This document shows, piece by piece, positions 37,184 to 47,110 of a stretch of DNA of 64,000 nt. Each line of letters starts with the position of its first letter. The stretch's first letter is position 1. The position numbers and the translations under genes were made by a program. The stretch comes from Candidatus Doudnabacteria bacterium (GTDB lineage: Bacteria > Patescibacteriota > Doudnabacteria > UBA920 > O2-02-FULL-48-8): assembly GCA_039931165.1 (NCBI GenBank), contig JBDTSL010000001.1:2214-66213 (forward strand), written 5' to 3'. A model generated the notes under the pieces. That model had not been told where the DNA came from, ran no database searches, and saw only the letters and a program-made list of their open reading frames with translations.

Positions 37184-39718
37184 CTAGCCAGATTTTTCCA
37201 CAATTGCCGGGCCGGCAGTCATCGGCGAGCCGAGCTTGGTGCGGTTTAGAATTTCTGTCTGGACTTCCAAACGGGATTTGCCGTGTTTCAGGCTCGAGAG
37301 ATTGCGGATGACTTTGCCCATTTCCGGATCGGCGCCTGGAGGTTTGGGATAAGTTTCCATATTGAAAGGGCGCGAACCGGTTCCTCTGATCATCAGTTTC
37401 ACATAGGCGTTATAACGGTCGATGTTGATGACGTCAAATTCATTGAATACCGGCGCGAATTCTTTGGCTATGATCTCCGCGTCTTCCACGCCGATCCTGA
37501 AGGCCACGATAGTGCCGGTATTGCCGAAAACCGCGTCTTTCATCCTTGTGTCGATGGCCGACGAGCCTTCTTTTTCCTGAGCCAGCTGAGAAATAAACTG
37601 ATGGGCCATGATCAGGTTCAGGCGATATTTACGGGCTTCGGATAAAATAGTGGCAAAACTGTCTGTAACGAAATTTTGGAACTCATCCACATATAAATAA
37701 AAATCGCGCCGCTTGTCTTCCGGAATATCGGCGCGGGAGAGCGCGGCCATTTGAAGCTTGGATACGATGATCAAGCCCAAAAGCTTGGCGTTGATCTCGC
37801 CGGTCTTGCCTTTCGACAGATTGATCAGGAGGATCTTGCCCTGGTCCATGACCTCGCGGAAATCGAAAGCGCTTTCCGGCTGGCCGATGATGTTGCGCAT
37901 CATTTCGTTTTCCACGAACCGTCCGACTTTAGAAACCAGATAGCCCAGCATTTCGGATTTATGGAAATCGGACGTTTTAGCCATCTCCTTTTCCCAGAAA
38001 CTGCGGACTATGGGATCTTTGACTTTTGAAACTTTATATTTCTGAAAATCCGTGTCCGTAAACATCCGCGGAATGTCGGCGAGAGTTCCCGGCGACTGCT
38101 TGTCTTCCATCAAGGTCAGCATGACGTTGCGCATATTGTGCTCAAACATCGGGCCGATCATCTCCGGCGGGAACAGCTTCATGAAAATCGCGATCATCTC
38201 CTGGACGGCAAAATCTTTTTGCTCCGGGCTTTTCACTTCCAGCATATTCAGGCCCAACGGCCGCTCCATGTCGAAAGGCTCGAACAGGATGACGTCATCG
38301 GCTCGCTCTTTGGGAATGTACTGCAGAACGTCTTCCACAAAATCGCCGTGCGGGTCCACTATACAGAGTCCTTCGCCGGACCTGATGTCCTGGATGGCCA
38401 TATTTTTTAGCAGTTCGGTTTTGCCGGTGCCGGTGCGACCGATTATATACTCATGCCGCCTGCGGTCGTCCCGCTCCAGATAAATTTTGGTTTCAATGCC
38501 GCGGTATGTATTTTTGCCGAGCAGGACTCCTGAGGTCGGGGTGTTTACCGGCGCCGGGGCTTTTTTCGCGGTCACCCATTTGATGTTCGGCGTTTCCATA
38601 TACCTGGTGGGCAGGTGCCAGATGCTTGCCAATTCTTCGGTATTTAAGATCTCCCGAGTATTTCTAAAAACCCGGAAAATGTAATCGGTCATGACCTGAG
38701 CCTGCTTTTTGCTCATAACCCTAAAACCATTGAACGGCGGCATGGTGTATTGCATGAATGACGCCAGAATATTGCGAAGACTCGCATCTGCCGATCTTTG
38801 GTCGGTTGATGAGCAAATGACCCGAAGATTAAATTTAAATCCGGTTTTGGACGCTTTTTCCTCGAATTTTTTGATCATCTCCTGCTGCATGGGAGTCAAC
38901 TGCAGCGGTTTTTTCATGCCGGAATTGTCCATATATCCCTGCTGTTGATGAGCCTGATTTTTTGGGGAAAATAATTGATTCAAAGCGCTCCCTATCAGGC
39001 CAAGTGTCCCATTGAGAGCCTTGCTGGCGGTTGAAGAGGTCACCACATCCGGGTTGCGACCCTGCTGGATCTGCAAGGCGTAATGCCTTGGCTTCGATTG
39101 CCAGTGATGTGTCGCCGGGCTGATCAAAAGCTGGATGGCGGCTCCCTCGTCCGTGGCCAGTTTCGACAGGCTGTTGGTCAGGGAATTAAGCGGGTCGGTC
39201 TCCATAACCTTGTAAGTGCGCAAGGGAAACGAATAGCTTTTTTGCAGCTGCAGCTCCGCTGCCGCAACCGCTGATTTCGGCGAAAAAATATTATACGCCT
39301 TTACCAGGTCTATCTGGGCATTCGGATACTGGGCATGAAGTTGTTTTTCCACCAAATTCTGGGAACGTTTCGGGACATTGATATAAAAAGATATCTTTTT
39401 TTTGTGGGCCGCGATCTCAAAGCTCATGTATTCGTTAATGCCCAAAAAATGTTTCAGGTCAGTGCCTTCGGTGGTACCGATGGTGGCAAAAAACTGTTCG
39501 GCAATGCCGATGATATCTTTTTCCTCTTTCTGCGGTTCCTGTTCCGGATTGGAATTTTCCTTGGAGATCGTGACTTCCAGGAAAACCGAATCCATGATCC
39601 TGGGCGCCCAGGTTTTTTTGCGCAATAGATCAATTGCCAAAAAATACAAAATCAGGCCTACCAGGCCCAGGATAGCTATTAGTATGAGTGAGAAAATAAT
39701 TAGCGAGCTGTTGATCAT
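37184..39718 (-). CDS. Membrane-anchored VirB4/TraG/HerA-like ATPase
   Basis: DRRRHEYIIGRTGTGKT Walker A, DPHGD, YVDEFQNF Walker B, SEARKY, AHQF. Confidence 0.88.
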   Translation of the reverse strand: MINSSLIIFSLILIAILGLVGLILYFLAIDLLRKKTWAPRIMDSVFLEVTISKENSNPEQEPQKEEKDIIGIAEQFFATIGTTEGTDLKHFLGINEYMSFEIAAHKKKISFYINVPKRSQNLVEKQLHAQYPNAQIDLVKAYNIFSPKSAVAAAELQLQKSYSFPLRTYKVMETDPLNSLTNSLSKLATDEGAAIQLLISPATHHWQSKPRHYALQIQQGRNPDVVTSSTASKALNGTLGLIGSALNQLFSPKNQAHQQQGYMDNSGMKKPLQLTPMQQEMIKKFEEKASKTGFKFNLRVICSSTDQRSADASLRNILASFMQYTMPPFNGFRVMSKKQAQVMTDYIFRVFRNTREILNTEELASIWHLPTRYMETPNIKWVTAKKAPAPVNTPTSGVLLGKNTYRGIETKIYLERDDRRRHEYIIGRTGTGKTELLKNMAIQDIRSGEGLCIVDPHGDFVEDVLQYIPKERADDVILFEPFDMERPLGLNMLEVKSPEQKDFAVQEMIAIFMKLFPPEMIGPMFEHNMRNVMLTLMEDKQSPGTLADIPRMFTDTDFQKYKVSKVKDPIVRSFWEKEMAKTSDFHKSEMLGYLVSKVGRFVENEMMRNIIGQPESAFDFREVMDQGKILLINLSKGKTGEINAKLLGLIIVSKLQMAALSRADIPEDKRRDFYLYVDEFQNFVTDSFATILSEARKYRLNLIMAHQFISQLAQEKEGSSAIDTRMKDAVFGNTGTIVAFRIGVEDAEIIAKEFAPVFNEFDVINIDRYNAYVKLMIRGTGSRPFNMETYPKPPGADPEMGKVIRNLSSLKHGKSRLEVQTEILNRTKLGSPMTAGPAIVEKSG

Positions 39719-39752
39719 TTTTTGTTTTGGTATCTAAACTTTAATCTCGGAT

Positions 39753-40127
39753 TTATGCCGATAGCGATTCTGGATGTTCTTTTACCTGGCCCAAAAGTTG
39801 GATCGCTTCATCGGGAGGTATTTCTTTTTTTTGCGCGGCGGCAATAACTTCATTCATGATCTTGGTTGCTTCCGCCTGATCTTTGGCTGCCTCAAACCTG
39901 TCAACGAATATTTGAGTAGCATCCGAAAATATTGCCTCCGGCTCCTTCTCGGCTCCCGCGGGTTTTTGGTACTCTAAAATTTTCTTTGTCTTGTCGGCAA
40001 GCTCTTCGCGTTCAGCCGCAGTACTAAAACCCCGGGTATTGGCCTCGGTTTGATTGGTTTGGGCTGCCTCGTAGAATTCGTTTCCGGCTTCCACTTCAGC
40101 CCCTGGTTTTCTGAGTATTTCTGCCAT
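39753..40127 (-). CDS. Hypothetical protein
   Basis: 124-aa Glu/Ala-rich ORF heading the operon. Confidence 0.65.
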   Translation of the reverse strand: MAEILRKPGAEVEAGNEFYEAAQTNQTEANTRGFSTAAEREELADKTKKILEYQKPAGAEKEPEAIFSDATQIFVDRFEAAKDQAEATKIMNEVIAAAQKKEIPPDEAIQLLGQVKEHPESLSA

Positions 40128-40298
40128 ATTTATAAGTTAACTGCTAAGTTTATCACAAAATAGGGATTTTGGCAAGGGGTTTTGATTTCAAGAATCTGTC
40201 CCAAAAGTTATCTATATTATACCATAAATTCCAGGACTTTGACGAATAGCCGCTTAAATGGTAAAATTCAGGCAATATCGTCGCTCATCAGAAACAAA

Positions 40299-41216
40299 AT
40301 GTCCCTAAAAATCATACACACAAAAAATTTACGCTGGGTGGATATCGTCAATCCTGACGACAAAGATCTTAACTACCTGAAGGAAAATTTCAAATTCCAT
40401 CCGCTGGATTTTGAGGATATGGTCACTCCAGCCACACAGACAAAGATCGACGAATACGATCAGCACCATTTTGTAATTTTACTGTTCCCTATGGTTACGC
40501 GCGAAACCGGTGAAATCAAATCAACGGAAGTTGATTTTCTTATTGGTAAAAACTTTTTGATAACCGTTCATAACAGCACCATGCAGACACTAAGCAATCT
40601 CGTCAATAATGTCCAACGATACGACAACGTGCGTGGCGAATATATGACGGATGGACCGGGTAAACTGCTTTGCCTGATCCTTGAATTGTTGTTCAAGCGA
40701 AGCGCCCCGATTCTTGACCGGATGAACCAGGACATTTCAAATGCGGAAAAAAACACATATAACCTGAAAATTGAAGCTCTGGACCACTTGGCGGGAGTCA
40801 AAAAAAACATTATCATATTCCGCCGCATCATGAAAATGCACGGATATGTTTTGGAAAAACTCAACCGAAGCAAAAAAGAATATCTGAAATTCAAAGATTC
40901 CCAAATGTATTTTCAAAATCTGATCGAATACGAGGAAAATATCTGGAACATGCTTAATGCGGACAAAGAAATCGTAGAAAGCTTTGAAGAAACCAACCAG
41001 TCTTTGTCCGGCCACAAAATGAACGACATATTGCGCATACTTACGATTTTTTCGGTAATTATATTCCTGCTTACTTTATTGATAAACATTCTGTTGTTCG
41101 CGGAAAGCGTATCTAAAATTGATTCCTGGCCCTATCTATTACCCGTAACATTTTTGACTTTGTGCACCATCACTTTGGGCATGCTTATTTACTTCAGAAA
41201 AAGAAAATGGCTCTAA
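40299..41216 (+). CDS. CorA-family divalent cation transporter (atypical)
   Basis: WVDIVNP, FKFHPLDFED, KIDEY, FLITVH, MNDILRILT, two C-terminal TMs; start MSLKII. Confidence 0.82.
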   Translation: MSLKIIHTKNLRWVDIVNPDDKDLNYLKENFKFHPLDFEDMVTPATQTKIDEYDQHHFVILLFPMVTRETGEIKSTEVDFLIGKNFLITVHNSTMQTLSNLVNNVQRYDNVRGEYMTDGPGKLLCLILELLFKRSAPILDRMNQDISNAEKNTYNLKIEALDHLAGVKKNIIIFRRIMKMHGYVLEKLNRSKKEYLKFKDSQMYFQNLIEYEENIWNMLNADKEIVESFEETNQSLSGHKMNDILRILTIFSVIIFLLTLLINILLFAESVSKIDSWPYLLPVTFLTLCTITLGMLIYFRKRKWL

Positions 41217-43858
41217 AACGCAAATGGCACAATTTGGAAACTGACGAAGCCCTCTCTCAAGCCAAAAGCTCTAAACACGGCCTTACGGAAGAAGAAGTTC
41301 TGAACAGGCTAAATAAGTTCGGACCGAATGAACTGCCACAACAAAAACCGTATTCCAAATTACGGCTGTTTTTTAACCAGTTCCGAAATCCGCTGATGTA
41401 CATTCTGCTTGGAACAGTGGCTATTTCTTTGTTCCTCAGACATTATTCCGATACAGTATTCATTGTCCTGGTCCTCATAAGCAATGTCGCGGTTTCTTAT
41501 TACCAGGAAAACAAGGCAGGGAACGCCATCCAAAGCCTGAAAAAGATGGTCCGGATCAACGCCAGAGTTATAAGAGATAATAACGAAAAAGAAATAAACA
41601 GCCGAGAACTGACTGTGGGCGATATTATAATCCTCCATTCCGGCGACAAAGTGCCGGCTGATGCCAGAATTCTGGAATCACGCGACTTGCAGGTAAATGA
41701 GGCCAGCCTGACCGGCGAGTCAAAGGCTGCGAAAAAAAAATCGCTCAAGCTCCCTGCCAACTCGGTAATTGCCGAGCAATCCAATATGCTGTTCATGGGG
41801 ACCATCGTGGAAGAAGGATGGTCAAAGGCGGTCGTGACGGGCATTGGCTTGAATACCCAAATGGGTGAAATTGTTCATATGCTCTCCGAAACCGAGGAAG
41901 CTTTAACTCCCCTGCAAATCCAGATATCGCGCCTGGCCAAATATACGACCGCGTTTATTTTATTCATAATCGCTGTTATCTTCATTATCGGTTCCCTCCG
42001 GCATCAAAGCACCAGCGAAATGCTTCTGGCCGCTCTTTCCCTGGCAGTTTCGGCTATTCCCACTGGTCTGATGCCGGCCATTACCATCATTTTGGTATTG
42101 GCCATGAGGAGAATATTGCGACAACACGGCCTGGTAAGAAAGCTGGTATCCAACGAAACTCTGGGCAGCGTCTCCGTGATCTGCACCGACAAGACCGGCA
42201 CGCTTACCGAAGGCAAAATGGAAGTGACTCACTTGTTAGGTGAAAGCCTGGAGCTTTCCGGAAAAAGCATGGCAACTTTAAATATAGACGATCCCGATCC
42301 TAAAACCGAGCCGATAAAGCAACTGGTAAAAATTTCCGTTCTCGATAACGACGCTTTTTTGGAAAATCCGCAGGCTAAGCCGGACAAATGGGTGATCCGG
42401 GGTAAAGTCACCGAGCAGGCTCTGTTGCGGAAAGCAACTCAGGTAGGATTTGATAAAAAATTACTTGAACAAGAGCATTTGCTGATCGATAAAATCTATT
42501 TTTCGTCGGAATTGAAATTCTCAGCCAGTTTGCGCGAAATGGACGCGACAGGACCGACAAGTCTTTTTGTTGTCGGCGCGCCTGAATTTGTTTTTTCCAA
42601 ATCAAACAAAAATTCAGACAAGTTCGAGGAAAAAATGCAGCGCCTGACAAATCAAGGCCTGCGGGTGGTAGCGGTGGCGATCAGAGAATTCGACCGTCAC
42701 CCCAAATACAAAAAATTGACTGAGCTGGTAGAGAATCTGACTCTGGTCGGACTAATTGGGCTGGAAGATCCTGTTCGCGGTGAAGTAATCGAGGCTATTA
42801 AACTTACAAAAAAAGCAGGCATCCGGACTATTATTGTCACAGGCGACCATAAAATTACAGCAGCCGTTGTGGCCAAAAAAATCGGATTGAAGGTGAATAA
42901 TAATGAGATCATGGAAGGAAAAGATCTCGATGCAATCACCGACGAAAAATTAAAAGAAAGAGTCAAATCGATCGGGATTTTTGCCCGAGTTTCGCCGAGC
43001 CACAAATTCCGGATTGTGGCCGCCTTGCGGGCCCATGGCGAAATTGTGGCCATGGTAGGAGACGGCGTCAATGACGCGCCGGCTCTTAAATCCGCGGATA
43101 TCGGCGTGGCTGTAAATTCCGGCACGGATGTAGCCAAAGAAGTGGCGGATTTGATTCTGCTTGACAACGGATTCCATACAATCGTCAAAGCCATAGAGCA
43201 AGGCCGGGTGATATTTTCAAACATCCGAAAAGTGTTCGTGTATTTGCTTGCGGACGACTTCCAGGAGATCTATATTTTCCTCGCCGCCATGATCATGGGC
43301 TTGCCTCTGCCGTTGCTGCCCGCGCAAATTCTTTGGATCAATCTGGTCGAAGACGGTTTGCCCGATATTGCTTTAACCACGGAACAGGAGACCTTATATG
43401 TCATGGACCAACCGCCCAGACCGAAAAACGAACCAGTAGTGAACCGGCCGCTCAAATTTTGGCTGGCTTCGGTATTTCTCGTTTCCGGCACTTCAGCCTT
43501 GGTTTTGTTCGCGTTCGGACTGCATCTGACAGGTGACCTGGAGCGGATCAGGACCATGGTATTCGTGCTCATGGGCTTGGATTCGCTGGTATTTTCTTTC
43601 TCTGTCAGATCATTCAATCAAATAATGTTCCGGAAGGATATTTTCAGCAATAAGTTCCTGGTCGGAGCGGTTACGATCAGCTTTATTCTGCTGATCACGG
43701 CGGTTTATCTCCCGGGGCTTCAAAAATTATTGTCCACCCAAAGTCTGACAATCTTTGACTGGATTGTGATCTTTGGGTTCAGTTTCGTTGAAATTATTTT
43801 TATCGAAATGTTTAAAACCACATTCTTGTTTAAACCCAAGAGTTCGGCTATGCTATAA
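41207..43858 (+). CDS. P2-type cation-transporting ATPase
   Basis: GLTEEEV..GPNEL, LTGES, ICTDKTGTLT, TGDH, GDGVNDAPAL; start MALKRKW. Confidence 0.92.
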   Translation: MALKRKWHNLETDEALSQAKSSKHGLTEEEVLNRLNKFGPNELPQQKPYSKLRLFFNQFRNPLMYILLGTVAISLFLRHYSDTVFIVLVLISNVAVSYYQENKAGNAIQSLKKMVRINARVIRDNNEKEINSRELTVGDIIILHSGDKVPADARILESRDLQVNEASLTGESKAAKKKSLKLPANSVIAEQSNMLFMGTIVEEGWSKAVVTGIGLNTQMGEIVHMLSETEEALTPLQIQISRLAKYTTAFILFIIAVIFIIGSLRHQSTSEMLLAALSLAVSAIPTGLMPAITIILVLAMRRILRQHGLVRKLVSNETLGSVSVICTDKTGTLTEGKMEVTHLLGESLELSGKSMATLNIDDPDPKTEPIKQLVKISVLDNDAFLENPQAKPDKWVIRGKVTEQALLRKATQVGFDKKLLEQEHLLIDKIYFSSELKFSASLREMDATGPTSLFVVGAPEFVFSKSNKNSDKFEEKMQRLTNQGLRVVAVAIREFDRHPKYKKLTELVENLTLVGLIGLEDPVRGEVIEAIKLTKKAGIRTIIVTGDHKITAAVVAKKIGLKVNNNEIMEGKDLDAITDEKLKERVKSIGIFARVSPSHKFRIVAALRAHGEIVAMVGDGVNDAPALKSADIGVAVNSGTDVAKEVADLILLDNGFHTIVKAIEQGRVIFSNIRKVFVYLLADDFQEIYIFLAAMIMGLPLPLLPAQILWINLVEDGLPDIALTTEQETLYVMDQPPRPKNEPVVNRPLKFWLASVFLVSGTSALVLFAFGLHLTGDLERIRTMVFVLMGLDSLVFSFSVRSFNQIMFRKDIFSNKFLVGAVTISFILLITAVYLPGLQKLLSTQSLTIFDWIVIFGFSFVEIIFIEMFKTTFLFKPKSSAML

Positions 43859-43870
43859 TCGCTTAATAAT

Positions 43871-45253
43871 ATGTTCAAACTATATAATTCACTGTCCCGA
43901 AAAATCGAAGAATTCAAGCCTATCAAACCTGGCCGGGCCGGACTTTATATTTGCGGGCCAACGGTCTACAGCAATGCCCACATCGGCAACCTGCGGACCA
44001 TGATCATGGGCGATGTCCTGCGCCGGGTTTTGGAATACAACAGCTACAAGGTCAACCAGGTCATGAACATCACTGACGTTGGCCACTTAAGCAATGATGA
44101 GGATTTTGGCGAAGATAAAATGGAAAAAAACGCCAAGACCAAGGAAGAGTACTTGGCGCTGGCAAAAAAATACACGCAAAATTTTCTCGATGACCTAAAA
44201 TCTCTAAACATCGAACCGGCTTCAGTCATGCCGAAAGCTTCCGAACATGTGGCTGAACAGATCGAAATGATTGAAATGCTGATCGAAAAAGGATTTGCGT
44301 ATCAGTCGGACGAAGCGGTGTATTTCGATGTCGCAAAATTTCCCGAATACAACCAGCTGACCGGCCAACGCCTGGTGGATATGAAATTAGGGGCCCGGCA
44401 GGATGTGGTCATGGACCTGAAGAAAAAAAATCCTTACGACTTTGTGCTCTGGTTTAATACTACGGGGCGCTATGCCAACCATATCATGCGCTGGGACAGT
44501 CCGTGGGGGATCGGATTCCCTGGCTGGCATATCGAATGCTCGGCAATGAGCATCAAATATCTGGGTTCGACATTCGATATCCATGCCGGAGGGATTGATT
44601 TGAAATTCCCCCACCATTCCAACGAGATCGCGCAATCCGAAGCCTTCAGTGGCAAAAAATTCGTGAACTACTGGGTTCATGGGGAGCATCTGCTTTTGGA
44701 TAAAGCCAAAATGGCCAAATCCGAAGGCACGGACCTGATCTTACAAAATTTAACCGACAAAAGCTTCAATCCGCTGGCCTTCCGGTACTTAGCTCTAACC
44801 ACGCATTACCGCTCCAAACTTAATTTCACTTTCGAAAGCCTGCAGGCCGCACAAAACGCTTTAAATAATTTTTACGAAGAAATTTCAACTTTTGAGTCGC
44901 CAGATGGCGGAGCTTCCAAATTCGAAGAACAATTTGAAGAAGCGATCAATAACGATATGGAAACTCCACAGGCATTGGCCGTGGCTCATGACCTTCTGAA
45001 ATCCGAACAGCCAAGTTCCGCAAAACTGGCAAGTTTGATCAAGTTTGATCAAGTGTTGGGGCTTAAGATCAAAGAAGTCTGGGAAGAGAGCAGGGTCCTT
45101 CCCGAAACCGTGCGTCAATTGGTGAACGAACGGGAAATCGCCAGGAAAACCAAAGACTTCGCGCGGTCGGACGAGCTGAGACGCGAAATAGAGTCCAGCG
45201 GCTATACTCTAGAAGATACTATCGATGGTTTTCGGATCAAAAAGAAATTTTGA
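43871..45253 (+). CDS. cysS: Cysteine--tRNA ligase
   Basis: [25 protein letters not shown]. Confidence 0.97.
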   Translation: MFKLYNSLSRKIEEFKPIKPGRAGLYICGPTVYSNAHIGNLRTMIMGDVLRRVLEYNSYKVNQVMNITDVGHLSNDEDFGEDKMEKNAKTKEEYLALAKKYTQNFLDDLKSLNIEPASVMPKASEHVAEQIEMIEMLIEKGFAYQSDEAVYFDVAKFPEYNQLTGQRLVDMKLGARQDVVMDLKKKNPYDFVLWFNTTGRYANHIMRWDSPWGIGFPGWHIECSAMSIKYLGSTFDIHAGGIDLKFPHHSNEIAQSEAFSGKKFVNYWVHGEHLLLDKAKMAKSEGTDLILQNLTDKSFNPLAFRYLALTTHYRSKLNFTFESLQAAQNALNNFYEEISTFESPDGGASKFEEQFEEAINNDMETPQALAVAHDLLKSEQPSSAKLASLIKFDQVLGLKIKEVWEESRVLPETVRQLVNEREIARKTKDFARSDELRREIESSGYTLEDTIDGFRIKKKF

Positions 45254-45354
45254 CAAAAAACCCGTTTGGGTGTATAATATAAGTAAGTTAATACTTTCAA
45301 ATCGGCGGCCAAAGAGCCGCTTTTATGTTATCCACTCTGTCCACACAATCCACA
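45250..45354 (+). promoter_or_regulatory. dnaB promoter with three tandem DnaA-box-like 9-mers
   Basis: TTGACA-17-TATAAT (45250-45278); TTATCCACT CTGTCCACA CAATCCACA (45328-45354). Confidence 0.65.
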
Positions 45355-45411
45355 GGGTTGCCTGATTGATTTGTATAAATCTATAATAGATTACCCTATA
45401 AGACATAAATT

Positions 45412-46827
45412 ATGGCCAAAAAACAATCCGATCCCGAACCATCCCAAAACTTCATCAACCGCATCCCGCCGCAGAACCTGGAAGCCGAACAATCCGTGCT
45501 GGGTTCGCTCCTGCTTGACCGTGATGCGGTCATCAAAATTGCCGACCTGATCACTTCCGACGATTTTTATGATCAGCGACACCGGATCATTTATCTGGGG
45601 ATTCTCAGGCTCTACGACGAACGGGCTTCCATCGACATTCTCACGGTTTCAAACGTTCTGGAAGAAGGTCACAGTTTAGAGAAGATCGGCGGAGTCTCTT
45701 ATCTCACTACTCTGGTCAATGCCGTGCCGTCCGCGGCCCACATCGTGCACTACGCCAATATCGTCAGGCGAAAAGGCACGCTGCGGCGGCTGATCTCTTC
45801 CGCCACCGACATTGTCGGCTTGGGCTATCAGGAAGATGTGGATCTGGAAACTCTGCTCGACCAGGCCGAACAAAAATTGTTCGGGGTCTCGCAAAAATAT
45901 CTTAAGCAGAACTTCGTTGGGCTGTCGGAAATTTTGCACGAGACTTTTGACCGCATAGACGAACTGCACCGCGAAAAAGGAAAACTGCGCGGTGTTTCCA
46001 CCGGTTTTTCGGATCTGGACAACAAGCTTGGGGGCCTTCAAAAATCCGACCTGATAATTCTGGCCGCCCGCCCATCCATGGGAAAAACTTCTTTGGCTTT
46101 GGATTTCGTGCGCCATGTCGCCATGAACGAACACAAGGCTGTGGGAATTTTCTCGCTGGAAATGAGCAAAGACCAGCTGGTGGACAGGCTGCTGGCTGCG
46201 GAAGCCGACGTCGACCTGTGGAAAATGCGCACCGGCAAGCTCAATGACCTCGGGCCTGATAATGATTTCGAACGGATCGGGCACGCTCTGGGCCGCCTTT
46301 CCGAAGCGCCGATCTTCATTGACGACTCGGGCTCTGTCAACATTATGGAATTGCGCACAAAAGCGAGGCGCCTGCAATCCGAGCATGATCTGGACCTGAT
46401 CGTGGTGGACTACCTGCAGCTGATGCAGGGCCGCTCAACAGAAAACCGCGTGCAGGAAGTTTCCGAAATATCCCGCTCGCTGAAAATTTTGGCCAAAGAA
46501 TTAAACGTGCCGGTGCTGGCTCTGTCTCAGCTTTCCCGCGCCGTGGAACAGCGCGGCGGAGACAAAAAACCGCAGCTCTCCGACCTGCGCGAATCGGGTT
46601 CCATCGAGCAGGACGCGGATGTGGTGATGTTCATTTACCGCGACGAAATGTACACCGGCAAAGACTCGCGCAAGCCGCACATCGCCGAGATCCTCATCCG
46701 GAAGCACAGAAACGGCCCGACCGGCGACATCGAGCTGTTCTTTGACCAGGAAAAAACATCATTCAAGAACCTGGCCAAACAGCCGCCATCCATGGAAGAA
46801 GCGATGATGAATCAGATCATGGAATAA
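45412..46827 (+). CDS. dnaB: Replicative DNA helicase
   Basis: PPQNLEAEQSVLG, AARPSMGKT, VDYLQLM, SDLRESGSIEQDAD; no intein. Confidence 0.98.
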   Translation: MAKKQSDPEPSQNFINRIPPQNLEAEQSVLGSLLLDRDAVIKIADLITSDDFYDQRHRIIYLGILRLYDERASIDILTVSNVLEEGHSLEKIGGVSYLTTLVNAVPSAAHIVHYANIVRRKGTLRRLISSATDIVGLGYQEDVDLETLLDQAEQKLFGVSQKYLKQNFVGLSEILHETFDRIDELHREKGKLRGVSTGFSDLDNKLGGLQKSDLIILAARPSMGKTSLALDFVRHVAMNEHKAVGIFSLEMSKDQLVDRLLAAEADVDLWKMRTGKLNDLGPDNDFERIGHALGRLSEAPIFIDDSGSVNIMELRTKARRLQSEHDLDLIVVDYLQLMQGRSTENRVQEVSEISRSLKILAKELNVPVLALSQLSRAVEQRGGDKKPQLSDLRESGSIEQDADVVMFIYRDEMYTGKDSRKPHIAEILIRKHRNGPTGDIELFFDQEKTSFKNLAKQPPSMEEAMMNQIME

Positions 46828-46890
46828 GTTTTCGATTCCACTTATCAGTTTGAGTTTGCTATAATCTATTTAATAATTAATCAAACAAAT

Positions 46891-47109
46891 ATGTTCTTGG
46901 GACTTTTTCTTGTAATCTTGGGCGGGTTGCTGCTCCTCAAAAACTTGGGCGTGATCGTGCTTCCGGCCTCGGTCTGGTCGGTTCTTTATCCGATAATCTT
47001 AATTGTGCTCGGGTTGTGGCTTATCTCGCTCGTCTCGCGCGGAAGGCAATACAAGCACTGGATGATGAACCGCTACTGGGGACGCAGAGACGATGACGAA
47101 GAAATATAA
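46891..47109 (+). CDS. Small two-TM membrane protein (DUF5668/LiaF-like)
   Basis: GLFLVILGGLLLLKNLG, WSVLYPIILIVLG. Confidence 0.7.
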   Translation: MFLGLFLVILGGLLLLKNLGVIVLPASVWSVLYPIILIVLGLWLISLVSRGRQYKHWMMNRYWGRRDDDEEI

Positions 47110-47110
47110 A

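Noticed and set aside
37184-39718. Integrative conjugative element
   Set aside because: No relaxase, integrase, att repeats or other T4SS components.
45250-45411. Replication origin
   Set aside because: No dnaA/dnaN nearby, boxes are degenerate and the gap is short; a regulatory role is more plausible.
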